Part shown: piece after piece, positions 9,195-19,422 of the stretch
Layout of the letters: each line of letters begins with the position of its first letter
Position numbering within the stretch: the stretch's first letter is position 1
Source: Bacilli bacterium
GTDB lineage: Bacteria; Bacillota_I; Bacilli_A; ML615J-28; CAG-313
Length of the DNA stretch: 64,000 nucleotides
Direction of reading: 5' to 3'
Assembly: GCA_045536365.1 (NCBI GenBank)
Contig: JAZSNL010000020.1
Coordinates: forward strand, 30,463-94,462
Notes under the pieces: model-generated
What the model was told of the DNA's origin: nothing
The model's database searches: none
Seen by the model: only the letters and a program-made list of their open reading frames with translations
Program-made: the position numbers and the translations under genes

Positions 9195-10412
9195 ATGACA
9201 GATCACATTTTAATAAGATACGGAGAATTAAGTTTAAAGAAAACAAATCGTAAACAATTTATCCATCGTGTTAATAATCACATTAAAAGAGCATTAAAAG
9301 AATATAAAGACTTAACATTTGAATCAAGAGGATTAAGATTCTATATAATGTTAAATGGAACAAATTTTGAAGAGTTAATTCCAATACTTAAAAAAATACC
9401 AGGTATTCATTCATTTAGTTTAGTTTCAAGATGTTCATCAGATCTTGAAGATATTAAACAAACAACATTAGAAATAGTTAAGAATGAATTAAAGCCAGGT
9501 CAAACATTCAAAGTAGAAACACATCGTGCGGATAAAAATTTTCCACTTACATCTATTGAAATAACAAAAGAAGTAAGTCGTAATTTATTTAGAAATATTG
9601 AAGGTTTAAAAGCCGATGTGCATAATCCAGATTATGTTTTAAATGTTGAAGTTAGATTAGAAGGTACATTTATTTTTACTAACTCTATTCCAGGACTTGG
9701 TGGATTACCTGCAGGATGCTTGGGAAAAGCTGTGTTAATGATATCAGGTGGAATTGATAGTGTTGTTGCAGGATATATGGCAATTAAAAAAGGTATGTCA
9801 ATTGAAGCTGTTCATTTTGCTGCTCCTCCATACACTAGTGACATGGCTGTTCAAAAGGTAATAGATTTATTAGAAAAGTTAACTCCTTATACAGAATTTC
9901 AAAATATTAATTTATATATAGTACCATTTACTAATATTCAAAAAGCAATATATGATAATTGTCGTGATGATTATGGCATTACAATTATGAGAAGAATGAT
10001 GTATCGTATATGTGAAAGAATAGCAGAAGAAAAAGATTGTCTTGCTTTAATAAATGGTGAAAATATTGGACAAGTAGCAAGCCAAACATTAGAGAGTATG
10101 AAAACTATTGAAGAAGTAGTTAAAATACCAGTTATTCGTCCTCTTGCAACTCTAGATAAAGAAGATATTATGGAAGTATCACAAAAAATAGGAACATATG
10201 AAATTTCAATAAGACCATATGAAGATTGTTGTACAGTATTTGTTCCTAAACATCCACAAATAAAACCTCTTTTATCTAAGGCTATTCAAGAGGAAAATAA
10301 ATTTGACTATGAATCTTTAATTGAAGAAACAATTAAAAATGTTGAAAGAATTGGTTTAAGAGTAAATAGACATCATAGTTTATTTAATCAAGATACTGAA
10401 GATATTTTCTAA
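9195..10412 (+). CDS. thiI: tRNA 4-thiouridine(8) synthase ThiI
   Basis: THUMP-like N-domain, PP-loop SGGIDSVVA; 405 aa. Confidence 0.8.
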   Translation: MTDHILIRYGELSLKKTNRKQFIHRVNNHIKRALKEYKDLTFESRGLRFYIMLNGTNFEELIPILKKIPGIHSFSLVSRCSSDLEDIKQTTLEIVKNELKPGQTFKVETHRADKNFPLTSIEITKEVSRNLFRNIEGLKADVHNPDYVLNVEVRLEGTFIFTNSIPGLGGLPAGCLGKAVLMISGGIDSVVAGYMAIKKGMSIEAVHFAAPPYTSDMAVQKVIDLLEKLTPYTEFQNINLYIVPFTNIQKAIYDNCRDDYGITIMRRMMYRICERIAEEKDCLALINGENIGQVASQTLESMKTIEEVVKIPVIRPLATLDKEDIMEVSQKIGTYEISIRPYEDCCTVFVPKHPQIKPLLSKAIQEENKFDYESLIEETIKNVERIGLRVNRHHSLFNQDTEDIF

Positions 10413-10482
10413 AAATTACCATAGATAAGGTGTATAAATTATCTATTCTTGTCAATAATATTTTTGACAGGAGGTGAAAATT

Positions 10483-10680
10483 GTGAATAACTCATCTTAT
10501 AATAAAAATAGACTTGTAGTACCTGGTTCTGAAAGTGCTGTTTCTAAAATGAAATATGAAATCGCTAATGAACTTGGTGTAAATTTAGGACCTGATGCAA
10601 CTGCACGTCAAAATGGTTCTGTTGGCGGTGAAATTACTCGTCGTTTAGTATCTATGGCTCAATCTCAATTAACAAAATAA
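10483..10680 (+). CDS. alpha/beta-type small acid-soluble spore protein (SASP)
   Basis: [33 protein letters not shown] is the canonical alpha/beta SASP signature; GTG at 10483 is 7 nt from AGGAGGTG (alt GTG 10474). Confidence 0.85.
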   Translation: MNNSSYNKNRLVVPGSESAVSKMKYEIANELGVNLGPDATARQNGSVGGEITRRLVSMAQSQLTK

Positions 10681-10696
10681 TAAGCCAAAGTTAGTT

Positions 10697-10727
10697 AAAA
10701 ACACAAGATTTTCTTGTGTTTTTTATT
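10697..10727 (+). terminator. Rho-independent terminator
   Basis: AAACACAAG-loop-CTTGTGTTT + T-run. Confidence 0.7.
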
Positions 10728-10818
10728 TGTTTATATATATATAAATAATATTTTTTAAGTATTTTATTTGGAAAATATTTCTTTAAAGTGATATAATAAA
10801 CCAAGGAGATGTTGTTTT

Positions 10819-12015
10819 ATGAAAAATAAATGGTCAAAATTCAGACATCGTGTAATTTTAAATATTGCAAAAGCGGTAGTATATCCATATATGAAACTCG
10901 TTGCAAAATGCAAATGGAAAAAGTTTAAAACTAACGAACCTTGTGTTTATTTATATAATCATCAAACAGTTTATGATCAATTCTTAAATGGGTATATTTG
11001 TAATTCAAAAGTATATCATGTAATGAGTGATGATATTACTGTAAATGGATTTATTTCTAAATTATTAAATTTTGCAATACGTCCAATTCCATATAAAAAA
11101 GCATCAACTGATTTTGCATTATTAAAAACATGTAAAAAGGTTATTTCTGAAGGATGTGGTATTGTTATATCTCCTGAAGGAAATCGTACTTTTAGTGGTA
11201 AAACTGAATATATTAATCCTACTATTTCTAAATTTATTCAATTCTTAAAAGTACCAGTTGTATTCATTAATATTAAAGGTGGTTTTGGAGTATTTCCGAG
11301 ATTTGCGGATAAACGAAGAAATGGCAAAATAACAGCAGAAGTTGTTAAAGTATGGAAATATGATGAATATAAAGATTTATCAAGTGATGAAATATTAAAT
11401 GTTATTAAACAAGAATTATATGTAGATGAATCTATTCCAAGTGGACCTTATAAGTCTAAAAAGAGTGCGGAATATTTAGAAAGAGTTATATATAATTGTC
11501 CTAATTGTGGCATAACTAAATTTTACTCATATAATCAAAATTTAAAATGTACAACTTGTGATTATGAAGTTAAATATAATGAGTATAAACAATTTGAAAA
11601 AATTAATCAAGATGTAAAATTTAAAAATGTTAATGAATGGTATGAGTATCAAAAACAATATGTGTTGAATCTTAATTTATCTTCTTTAGATCCTAATAAT
11701 TGTATTATTAGTGATACTATTGATGTATATAAGATTATTGCACGAAAAAGAAGAGAATTATTATATGAAAAAGCTGATGTTTCTATTTATTCAAATAGGA
11801 TAGAAATAAACAAGGATAATAATAAAATAATTTTATTATTTAATGATATTTTATCAGCCGGTATTTTTGGTAGAAATAAATTAAATATTTTTACTGAATC
11901 TGATACATATCAATTTAAAAATGATAAACGGTTCAATCCAATGAAGTATTTACACTTCATATATAAAGCAAAACAAGAAAAAGGAGATATAAAAGATGAA
12001 TTTTTCGGAATATAA
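10819..12015 (+). CDS. lysophospholipid (1-acyl-glycerol-3-phosphate) acyltransferase family protein with C-terminal zinc-ribbon domain
   Basis: NHQTVYD (HX4D acyltransferase motif), SPEGNRT motif; C-terminal CPNCG...CTTCDY. Confidence 0.55.
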   Translation: MKNKWSKFRHRVILNIAKAVVYPYMKLVAKCKWKKFKTNEPCVYLYNHQTVYDQFLNGYICNSKVYHVMSDDITVNGFISKLLNFAIRPIPYKKASTDFALLKTCKKVISEGCGIVISPEGNRTFSGKTEYINPTISKFIQFLKVPVVFINIKGGFGVFPRFADKRRNGKITAEVVKVWKYDEYKDLSSDEILNVIKQELYVDESIPSGPYKSKKSAEYLERVIYNCPNCGITKFYSYNQNLKCTTCDYEVKYNEYKQFEKINQDVKFKNVNEWYEYQKQYVLNLNLSSLDPNNCIISDTIDVYKIIARKRRELLYEKADVSIYSNRIEINKDNNKIILLFNDILSAGIFGRNKLNIFTESDTYQFKNDKRFNPMKYLHFIYKAKQEKGDIKDEFFGI

Positions 12016-13468
12016 TTTATTAGCGGATTCTACTCAAATGATATTCTTAAATTCTAATGCTTGGTCAATATTATTATTAGTAGGTATTTTATTTTTCAGC
12101 ATGATTCTTGCACATTGGTTAAAGAAAATAGTACCTTTTTTAAGAAAATCTTTGGTTCCTAGTTCTGTATTAGGTGGTATTATAGTATTAATTTTCACTT
12201 CAATATTTAAATTGATAACTGGTGATACTTTCTTTAATTTAGAAGTTTTATCAATAATGTTTGAACAGACTACAGAAACAGGTGAGGTAATTAAAGGTAC
12301 TGCTTTATCTGGAACTGAATTATTAGATGTTATTACTTATCACTGCTTAGGATTGGGTTTTGTTGCGATGGGGTTACGTCGTGGTAAAGAAGAAAAACTA
12401 ACAAAAGAAAGAGTAGGAGAAGTAATTGATACAGGAGTTACAACTGTTAGTACTTATTTAATCCAAGTTATTATTGGTTTAGGTATTACTATTATAGCAG
12501 CACCTATTATTAAGGGTTTAATTGAAGCTGCTGGTATTATTCTTGCTCTTGGTTATGGTCAAGGAACTGGTCAAGCTATGAACTGGGGTATCATTTATGA
12601 AAGTGATTATGGTTTCATAGGTGGTAAAGACTTTGGTTTAGCTATTGCTGCTTTAGGTTTCTTATCTGCAAGTATTGGTGGAGTTATTTGTTTGAATGTT
12701 TTAAAACGAAAGAATTTAATAAAAGTTGCTGATATTAAAGATAAAGAATTAAATGATGAAAACATAAATAAAAGACCAGGAATGCCTAAATTAACTACTA
12801 GTGTTGCGATTATAATTTGTACTTATGCTATTTCTTACGGATTAATGTATTTATTAGGTAATATAGTAGGTGAAGGATTAAAGAGTACAATTTATGGCTT
12901 TAATTTCTTGTTTGGAACTCTTGCTGCTTTATTGGTTAAATCTGTTTTAAAATTTTTTAGAAAAAGAAATATTTTAAAACAAGATTATATTGATGATGAA
13001 TTAATGAATTCTATTGGTGGTGTAGCATTTGATATTATGATTGTTGCTGGTATTGCGGTTATTGATTTAGAATTAATAAAAGAATATTGGGGATTATTAT
13101 TAATATTAGGTGCTTTAGGTGCTGCGGTTACATTTTTATTTAACTGGTTTGTTGCAAAGAAATTATTCAAAGGTTATGCTTATGAACAATTCTTCGCAAT
13201 GTATGGTATGTTAACAGGTACTGCTAGTACAGGTATTATTTTATTAAGAGAAATTGATCCGAAGTTTGAAACTCCAGCTTCTGATAATCTAGTGTATCAA
13301 AATTTCCCGGCTATTGTACTTGGTTTTCCAATATTGATGTTAGCTAAATATGCTCCTCAAAGTAGGCAAACTTCTATTATTGTTTGGTTTATTGTAATAG
13401 CTTTACTAATAGTTTTATTATTAATATTATTTAGAAGACAAATCTTTAGAAGAAAAAATAAAAAATAA
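11996..13468 (+). CDS. sodium/glutamate symporter (GltS/ESS family)-like membrane transporter
   Basis: 490 aa, ~12 TM; N-terminal VPSSVLGGIIVL resembles GltS IPxPVxGGLL region. Confidence 0.45.
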   Translation: MNFSEYNLLADSTQMIFLNSNAWSILLLVGILFFSMILAHWLKKIVPFLRKSLVPSSVLGGIIVLIFTSIFKLITGDTFFNLEVLSIMFEQTTETGEVIKGTALSGTELLDVITYHCLGLGFVAMGLRRGKEEKLTKERVGEVIDTGVTTVSTYLIQVIIGLGITIIAAPIIKGLIEAAGIILALGYGQGTGQAMNWGIIYESDYGFIGGKDFGLAIAALGFLSASIGGVICLNVLKRKNLIKVADIKDKELNDENINKRPGMPKLTTSVAIIICTYAISYGLMYLLGNIVGEGLKSTIYGFNFLFGTLAALLVKSVLKFFRKRNILKQDYIDDELMNSIGGVAFDIMIVAGIAVIDLELIKEYWGLLLILGALGAAVTFLFNWFVAKKLFKGYAYEQFFAMYGMLTGTASTGIILLREIDPKFETPASDNLVYQNFPAIVLGFPILMLAKYAPQSRQTSIIVWFIVIALLIVLLLILFRRQIFRRKNKK

Positions 13469-13477
13469 ATAAAAACA

Positions 13478-13514
13478 AAAAGAATATTTGATTATTCAAA
13501 TATTCTTTTTTTAT
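13478..13514 (+). terminator. Rho-independent terminator
   Basis: AAGAATATTTGA-TTAT-TCAAATATTCTT + TTTTTT. Confidence 0.75.
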
Positions 13515-13585
13515 TAATACATAACAAAAAAATCTAAAATATGTTATAATATAAAAAGATGAGTAAAAATAAAAAGGAGTTAATT

Positions 13586-14329
13586 ATGTCATACAAAGAT
13601 AATTTAACATATGAAGAAGCAGTTCAAAGAAAAGAAGAATTACTTCAAAAGATTAATGAATATAACATTGCTTTATTAGAAGGCAAAGAACCACCATATA
13701 CAGAAGAAGAAATAGACGAGATGTCTGAAGAGTATCAAATTCTTAATGATTCTTTAAAATTAACAAAAGAAGAAAAGAAACAAAAAGATGTTGAATATGT
13801 AGAAACAGAAGATGGTGTAGTTGAAAAACCTAAAGGTTTCTTTGATAAAATAGGTATTGGTGTATATATATATTCATTCATTGCGGTATTTCTATCATCT
13901 GGTATTTTAAATAGTTTAATAGGCACTGCAATTTATAATGGCGTAATGAATATTATATATTTCTTTATGTTAAAGACAGAAAATCATTTACTAATGGAAA
14001 ATATGCCTATTTTTGCATATGGATGTATTTATTTCATGTCATACTTATTATTACCTATTTTAGTAATTATTGCTACTTTAATCATAAAAGGTGTTAATAA
14101 GAAAAAAGGAAAATTGGAAAATAGTAAATTTTTGTTCTGGGTATTAATGATTCAAATTGCGGTAACTTTAGTTGTAACATTAATTTTATTTATCGGAACA
14201 TTAGGACCTGATTTTGAAGGTACATTTAAAGAAACTGTTGATTATGGTTATCCTATTTATTTATATGAACACTTATATGAAACTGATCCTGATAAATTTA
14301 ATGAAATTATGAGAATGTTAGGTTTCTAA
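13586..14329 (+). CDS. hypothetical membrane protein (acidic coiled N-terminus + 4 TM)
   Basis: ATG 13586 after AAAAGGAG; no known family recognised. Confidence 0.4.
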   Translation: MSYKDNLTYEEAVQRKEELLQKINEYNIALLEGKEPPYTEEEIDEMSEEYQILNDSLKLTKEEKKQKDVEYVETEDGVVEKPKGFFDKIGIGVYIYSFIAVFLSSGILNSLIGTAIYNGVMNIIYFFMLKTENHLLMENMPIFAYGCIYFMSYLLLPILVIIATLIIKGVNKKKGKLENSKFLFWVLMIQIAVTLVVTLILFIGTLGPDFEGTFKETVDYGYPIYLYEHLYETDPDKFNEIMRMLGF

Positions 14330-15096
14330 TGAAAGTAATAACTTCAGTAAAAAATGAATATATAATTAAACTTCAAAAACTTTCTAATAAAAAAGAAAGA
14401 ATAAATCAACAATTATTTATTGTTGAAGGTCTACATTTAGTAGAAGAATCAAAGGATCGTTTAGTTGCTGTTTTGTCAACAGATGAAAAATTATTAAAAA
14501 AGTATTCATGTGATACATATTTAGTAACAGATGAAATAATAAAAAAATTATCAAATACAGTAACTCCTCAAAATATTTTAGGTGTTGTTAAAATGTTAGA
14601 TCATAGTATTAATCTATTAGATGATATTATGAAAAATAAAAAAGTTAAAATTTTAATGTTAGATAACGTTAATGATCCTGGTAATTTAGGAACAATAATA
14701 AGAACAGCTGCCGGTCTTGGTATGTCTTGTATTATTATGTCTGAAGATACTGTGGATATATATAATGATAAAGTACTTCGTTCTACACAAGGTAGTTTAT
14801 ATAAACTTCCTATTATTAAAACTGATTTAGAAAAAGCAATAAAATTATTAAAAAATAATAAGTTTATATGCTATGGAACTTCATTAAAAAATGCAAAAGC
14901 AGTTAATGAAGTTGATAAATCAGATAAATTTGTCATTATTGTAGGAAATGAAGCTAATGGTGTAAGAGATAATATTTTATCTTTAACTGATTATAATATT
15001 GTATTACCAATGAAACATAATGTTGAATCATTAAATGTTAGTGTTGCGGCAAGTATTATAGTGTATGAGTTTATAAGAGAGGAACTTTTCAAATAA
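14329..15096 (+). CDS. TrmH/SpoU-family RNA 2'-O-methyltransferase (RlmB-like)
   Basis: LDNVNDPGNLGTIIRTAAGLG SpoU motif, C-terminal SLNVSVAASIIVYE. Confidence 0.75.
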   Translation: MKVITSVKNEYIIKLQKLSNKKERINQQLFIVEGLHLVEESKDRLVAVLSTDEKLLKKYSCDTYLVTDEIIKKLSNTVTPQNILGVVKMLDHSINLLDDIMKNKKVKILMLDNVNDPGNLGTIIRTAAGLGMSCIIMSEDTVDIYNDKVLRSTQGSLYKLPIIKTDLEKAIKLLKNNKFICYGTSLKNAKAVNEVDKSDKFVIIVGNEANGVRDNILSLTDYNIVLPMKHNVESLNVSVAASIIVYEFIREELFK

Positions 15097-15114
15097 TAAA
15101 GAAAGAGTGATAAT

Positions 15115-16545
15115 ATGAATAAAGAATTAAAAAATAAATATGATGTAATATTAGTAGGAGCTGGACCTGCAGGTATCTTTTGTGCATATGAATTAATGTT
15201 AAAAAGTCCTGAATTATCAGTTTTATTAATTGATAAAGGACATAATATTTATGATCGTAAATGTCCGATTTTATTAAAGAAAATCGACAAATGTCCTCAT
15301 AATAAAAATGGTTTTGCGGCATGTTCACCTAGTTGTTCTATGACAAGTGGTTTTGGAGGATGTGGTGCTTATTCAGATGGTAAGTTTAATATTACTAATG
15401 AATTTGGTGGATGGATGGGAGAATATTTACCAGATGAAGAAGTTTTAGAATTAATTAATTATGTTGATGCAATTAATTTAAAACACGGTGCTCATCCTGA
15501 ACTTACTAATCCATATACAAAAGAAGTTTATGATATTGAAAAAAGAGGTATTTCTGTAGGATTAAAACTTTTACGTAGTCAAGTTCGTCATTTAGGTACA
15601 GAAGTTAATTTACAAATTTTAAAGAATATTTATGAAGAATTAAACAAGCATATTGACTTCTTATTTAAACAAGATGTTAAAGATATTATTGTTGAAGATA
15701 ATACAATTAAAGGTGTTAAATTAGCAGACAAAGAAATATATGCTGATTATGTTATGTTAGGTGTAGGTCGTGGAGGATCTTCTTGGTTATCTGAAACTTT
15801 GTCTAAATATGGTATTCAATTCAAAAATAATCGCGTTGATTTAGGTGTTCGTGTTGAAACTAATGATATTATTATGGATGAAATTAATAAGAATTTATAT
15901 GAAGGTAAATTCTTATATAATACAAGTGTAGGTACAGTTGTAAGAACTTTCTGTTCTAATCCTAGCGGACATGTTGTTATTGAAAACTATGATGGTGTTA
16001 TGGTATGTAATGGTCATGCTTATAATGATTCTGTTTTAGGTAGTAAGAATACTAACTTTGCTTTACTTGTTTCTCAAGAGTTTGATGAACCTTTTAAAGA
16101 TCCAAATGAGTTTGCTTTAGAAATTTCTCATCTTGCGAATAAATTAAGTAATGGATCTGTTATTGTTCAAAAGTATGGTGATATTAAAAAAGGTCGTCGT
16201 TCTACTCAAAAGAGAATTGATGAAGGTTTTGTTAAACCTACTTTAAAGGAAGCTGTTCCTGGTGATTTAGGATTAGTATTACCATATAATGTAATGAAAT
16301 CTTTAATTGAAATGGTTGAAGCATTAAATTATGTTACTCCTGGTATTGCGAGTGATCATACATTATTCTATGGTGTGGAAGCTAAATTCTACAGCGATAG
16401 ACCTGTTGTTGATAATAAGTTTGAAACTGCTATTAAGAATCTTTACGTAGGTGGAGATGGTGCAGGTATTACAAGAGGTCTTGCGCAAGCAGGTGCTAAT
16501 GGTGTTAAGATTGCAAGATGTATAGGAGAAAAAGTAAATAAATAG
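15115..16545 (+). CDS. FAD-dependent oxidoreductase (COG2509-type NAD(FAD)-utilising dehydrogenase)
   Basis: YDVILVGAGPAGIFCA dinucleotide fold; 476 aa. Confidence 0.6.
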   Translation: MNKELKNKYDVILVGAGPAGIFCAYELMLKSPELSVLLIDKGHNIYDRKCPILLKKIDKCPHNKNGFAACSPSCSMTSGFGGCGAYSDGKFNITNEFGGWMGEYLPDEEVLELINYVDAINLKHGAHPELTNPYTKEVYDIEKRGISVGLKLLRSQVRHLGTEVNLQILKNIYEELNKHIDFLFKQDVKDIIVEDNTIKGVKLADKEIYADYVMLGVGRGGSSWLSETLSKYGIQFKNNRVDLGVRVETNDIIMDEINKNLYEGKFLYNTSVGTVVRTFCSNPSGHVVIENYDGVMVCNGHAYNDSVLGSKNTNFALLVSQEFDEPFKDPNEFALEISHLANKLSNGSVIVQKYGDIKKGRRSTQKRIDEGFVKPTLKEAVPGDLGLVLPYNVMKSLIEMVEALNYVTPGIASDHTLFYGVEAKFYSDRPVVDNKFETAIKNLYVGGDGAGITRGLAQAGANGVKIARCIGEKVNK

Positions 16546-16547
16546 TA

Positions 16548-16997
16548 ATGAAGAAATATTTAGTAGAATCAGTTAAAAATATTATTTCATTAGATATACC
16601 ACTTGTATCTAATCTAGCAAATGTATCTAAATTAATATATGATAGTTTTGATAATGTATGTTGGGCTGGTTTTTATATATGTTATAAAGATCGTAATTCT
16701 ATGTATCTAGGTCCTTTTCAAGGTCCTGTTGCATGTACTGAGATATCTTTTGATAAAGGTGTTTGTGGTGCATGTGTAAGAGAAAGAAAGTCAATTTTAG
16801 TTCCTAATGTACATGAGTTTAAGGATCATATTGCATGTTATAGTTTAACTAATTCTGAAGTAGTTGTTCCTATTATGGAAGGAGATATTGTACTTGGTGT
16901 TATTGATTTAGATAGTACTTTGTATAATAATTTTACTGAAGAAGATGTTAAAATATTAGAAGATGTTGCAGGTGTATTAAAAGTATTATTTAAATAA
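16548..16997 (+). CDS. GAF-domain protein (free methionine-(R)-sulfoxide reductase-like)
   Basis: 149 aa; WAGFY...LGPFQG...CGACV motif pattern of fRMsr/YtsP GAF proteins. Confidence 0.55.
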   Translation: MKKYLVESVKNIISLDIPLVSNLANVSKLIYDSFDNVCWAGFYICYKDRNSMYLGPFQGPVACTEISFDKGVCGACVRERKSILVPNVHEFKDHIACYSLTNSEVVVPIMEGDIVLGVIDLDSTLYNNFTEEDVKILEDVAGVLKVLFK

Positions 16998-17034
16998 AAA
17001 AGACGTTAAGATAAAATCTTAACGTCTTTTATTA
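16997..17034. terminator. bidirectional Rho-independent terminator
   Basis: AAAGACGTTAAG-ATAAAAT-CTTAACGTCTTT flanked by A/T runs, between convergent genes. Confidence 0.75.
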
Positions 17035-18699
17035 TACTTTAAAACAACTTCCTCCGATGAATTCTCTTAATAAAGAATTACTAGGTATTACAGAATGATC
17101 AGTAATAGGAGTAAAATATTTTAATAATTTTATTAATCTATTTGCAACTAAGTATTCAGGTTCTTCTGGAGTTATTAGTTTTAATGCTGGTAGGGCAACA
17201 TTTGCCATTACTGCAAGTTCATAGGTTAGTTCAGAGTTATAAACGTAGTTTGCTCCTTCTTGGAAAGGATAAATCCATTTAAATTCACCTTCTCTTACGC
17301 TTTGCCACATGCTAATTGTTTCTTGTGGTGAGCTATTACGGTATTTCATATCTCTTACTATTCTTCTAATTAAACGAATGTCAGTTGTGCTTACAGGAGT
17401 ATGGTCATCGATGTTTATTTGCATTTGTGGTGCGATATATATTTTAAAGTTTTGATATTTAGGAATAGAAGATGTTAGCTTATCATTTAAAGCATGTATT
17501 CCTTCGATGATAATAGGAGAATTTGGACCTACTTTTAATGTTCTTCCTTGTTCTCTTTTTCCTGTTTTGAAATTGAATTTAGGTAGTGTTACTTCATTAC
17601 CATTAATAAGATCATATATATTTTGATTGAATAGTTCAATGTCTAAGCAGTTTACATGTTCTAAGTCTACTTCTTCACGAGAAACGTTTTGGATTTTCAT
17701 TATTTCTTCTCTTGTTAAATAATAGTCATCCATGGAAATCATAACGGGTTGTAGTCCTCTTGATAAAAGTTCTATTCTTAATCTGTTACAGAATGTTGTT
17801 TTACCGCTTGAACTTGGTCCGGCTATTGTTATTAATCTGATTGTTTCTTTTTGATCACTGATTGTTTGACCTAATTCTGTTAACATATGGTAATGTTTTG
17901 CTTCACATAGTTGAATGAAATCGTTTTGGTTATTAATTATTTTATTATTAATTTCACATATTGTTCTTGCGTGAATGGATTCACTCCATTTTCTCGCATG
18001 CATAATTGTTTTTGCGTATGTACCTTCATCAATAAATTCTGGTATTGAGGCGTCTAATTCGTATCTTGGATATTGGATGATTAGTCCTGGGCTATATGGT
18101 TTGATTTTATAGTTCTTGATGCATCCTGTAGATGGTAGCATATATCCGTGCATATAGTCATAGTAGTTATCGCATTTATATAAGTGAACAGTATTATCTG
18201 GTCGGTATGTTAGCATTTCTAGTTTATCTAGATGGTTGTATTTTGCGTAAATTTCTTTTGCTTCTTCAATAGTTACTGTTACTCTTTCTATTGGATAATT
18301 ATTTTTGATTATTCTTTTTACTTCTTCTATAACATTATTTATAAAAGAAGACATATGTAAATCATTATTTAATAGTTTACAAAAAATTGAACGAGATATG
18401 TTGTAACTAAATTGAATATTTACATCTGGATATAGGTTAAAGAATGCCATTGCGATAACATATCTTAGTGTTGATTCGTAGGCTTTTCCACCTTGGATAT
18501 TTTCAAGTCCTAAAAAACATACATTTTTACCCGCATCTTTTGAACTAAATTGATAACGCAATTCTTTTATTGAATGACCTATTTTACATACGCAGTATTT
18601 TGTCTTGTCTTCTTCGGGTAATAAATCAATTACTCTACTTCCTATTTTTACGTTAATAGGGGTAGTTTTAGTATTTGATATTAAATTTATTTGTATCAT
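17032..18699 (-). CDS. uridine-kinase-family nucleoside kinase fused to N-terminal ThrRS-like domain
   Basis: P-loop AGPSSSGKTTF followed by ISMDDYY (Udk-like) in C-half; 555 aa. Confidence 0.55.
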   Translation of the reverse strand: MIQINLISNTKTTPINVKIGSRVIDLLPEEDKTKYCVCKIGHSIKELRYQFSSKDAGKNVCFLGLENIQGGKAYESTLRYVIAMAFFNLYPDVNIQFSYNISRSIFCKLLNNDLHMSSFINNVIEEVKRIIKNNYPIERVTVTIEEAKEIYAKYNHLDKLEMLTYRPDNTVHLYKCDNYYDYMHGYMLPSTGCIKNYKIKPYSPGLIIQYPRYELDASIPEFIDEGTYAKTIMHARKWSESIHARTICEINNKIINNQNDFIQLCEAKHYHMLTELGQTISDQKETIRLITIAGPSSSGKTTFCNRLRIELLSRGLQPVMISMDDYYLTREEIMKIQNVSREEVDLEHVNCLDIELFNQNIYDLINGNEVTLPKFNFKTGKREQGRTLKVGPNSPIIIEGIHALNDKLTSSIPKYQNFKIYIAPQMQINIDDHTPVSTTDIRLIRRIVRDMKYRNSSPQETISMWQSVREGEFKWIYPFQEGANYVYNSELTYELAVMANVALPALKLITPEEPEYLVANRLIKLLKYFTPITDHSVIPSNSLLREFIGGSCFKV

Positions 18700-18796
18700 T
18701 TTTTAAAACCTCCTTTAAATTATTATATCAAATTAGTTTTTAAAATATTATATTTTTGATAAATTTATTATATATATAAAAACCTTTTTTATACTC

Positions 18797-18825
18797 TTGA
18801 CTTTTTTAGGTATTTGGTGTATAAT
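18797..18825 (+). promoter_or_regulatory. strong sigma-A-type promoter of rimP-nusA-infB operon
   Basis: TTGACT-17 nt-TATAAT with TG immediately upstream of the -10 (TGTATAAT); a 6-bp hairpin GTGAGC/GCTCAC + T5 at 18869..18895 in the leader may attenuate. Confidence 0.5.
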
Positions 18826-18922
18826 AATTATAGTTAGTAATAACTATTGCATATATATGTACGGGATGGTGAGCAATTAAAGGGGCTCACTTTTTAAATG
18901 AAATAGTGAAAGGAGTGATATT

Positions 18923-19411
18923 ATGAGTTATATCGAGGAAATTAAAACATTAATTGAGCCTATTATTAGTTCGTATAATTTAGTTTTAGTTAGTGTTAAA
19001 AAGAAAAGTGAATATGGTATTAATACAGTAGAAGTTATTATTGATGATCCTATTACTTATGTTATTGATATTGATGTTGTTAGTGAAATATCGGAAAAAA
19101 TAATTGATGTAGTGAATGATCTTATTCCTGATGGACATTATTTAGAAGTTTCATCTGTTGGTATTGAAAGAGAGCTGAAAACTATAGATGATTATAATCG
19201 TGCTTTGAATGAATATATATATGTTAAAACGTATCAAAAGATTAAATATACGAAGAATAAAAATAACGAAGGTGAAAAAGAGTTCTACGGATATTTAAAG
19301 AATTTTAATGAAGAAGAAATAGAAATTACAACAATGATTAAAGCAAGAGAATATACAATAACAATACCTAAGTCAATGATTGCAAAAATTAGACTTGCGG
19401 TAAAATTTTAG
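18923..19411 (+). CDS. rimP: ribosome maturation factor RimP
   Basis: 162 aa; position upstream of nusA; GINTVEV / LEVSSVGIER motifs. Confidence 0.75.
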   Translation: MSYIEEIKTLIEPIISSYNLVLVSVKKKSEYGINTVEVIIDDPITYVIDIDVVSEISEKIIDVVNDLIPDGHYLEVSSVGIERELKTIDDYNRALNEYIYVKTYQKIKYTKNKNNEGEKEFYGYLKNFNEEEIEITTMIKAREYTITIPKSMIAKIRLAVKF

Positions 19412-19422
19412 GAGAATTAAAA

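Noticed and set aside
12985-13170. 61-aa minus ORF within transporter gene
   Set aside because: Antisense chance ORF.
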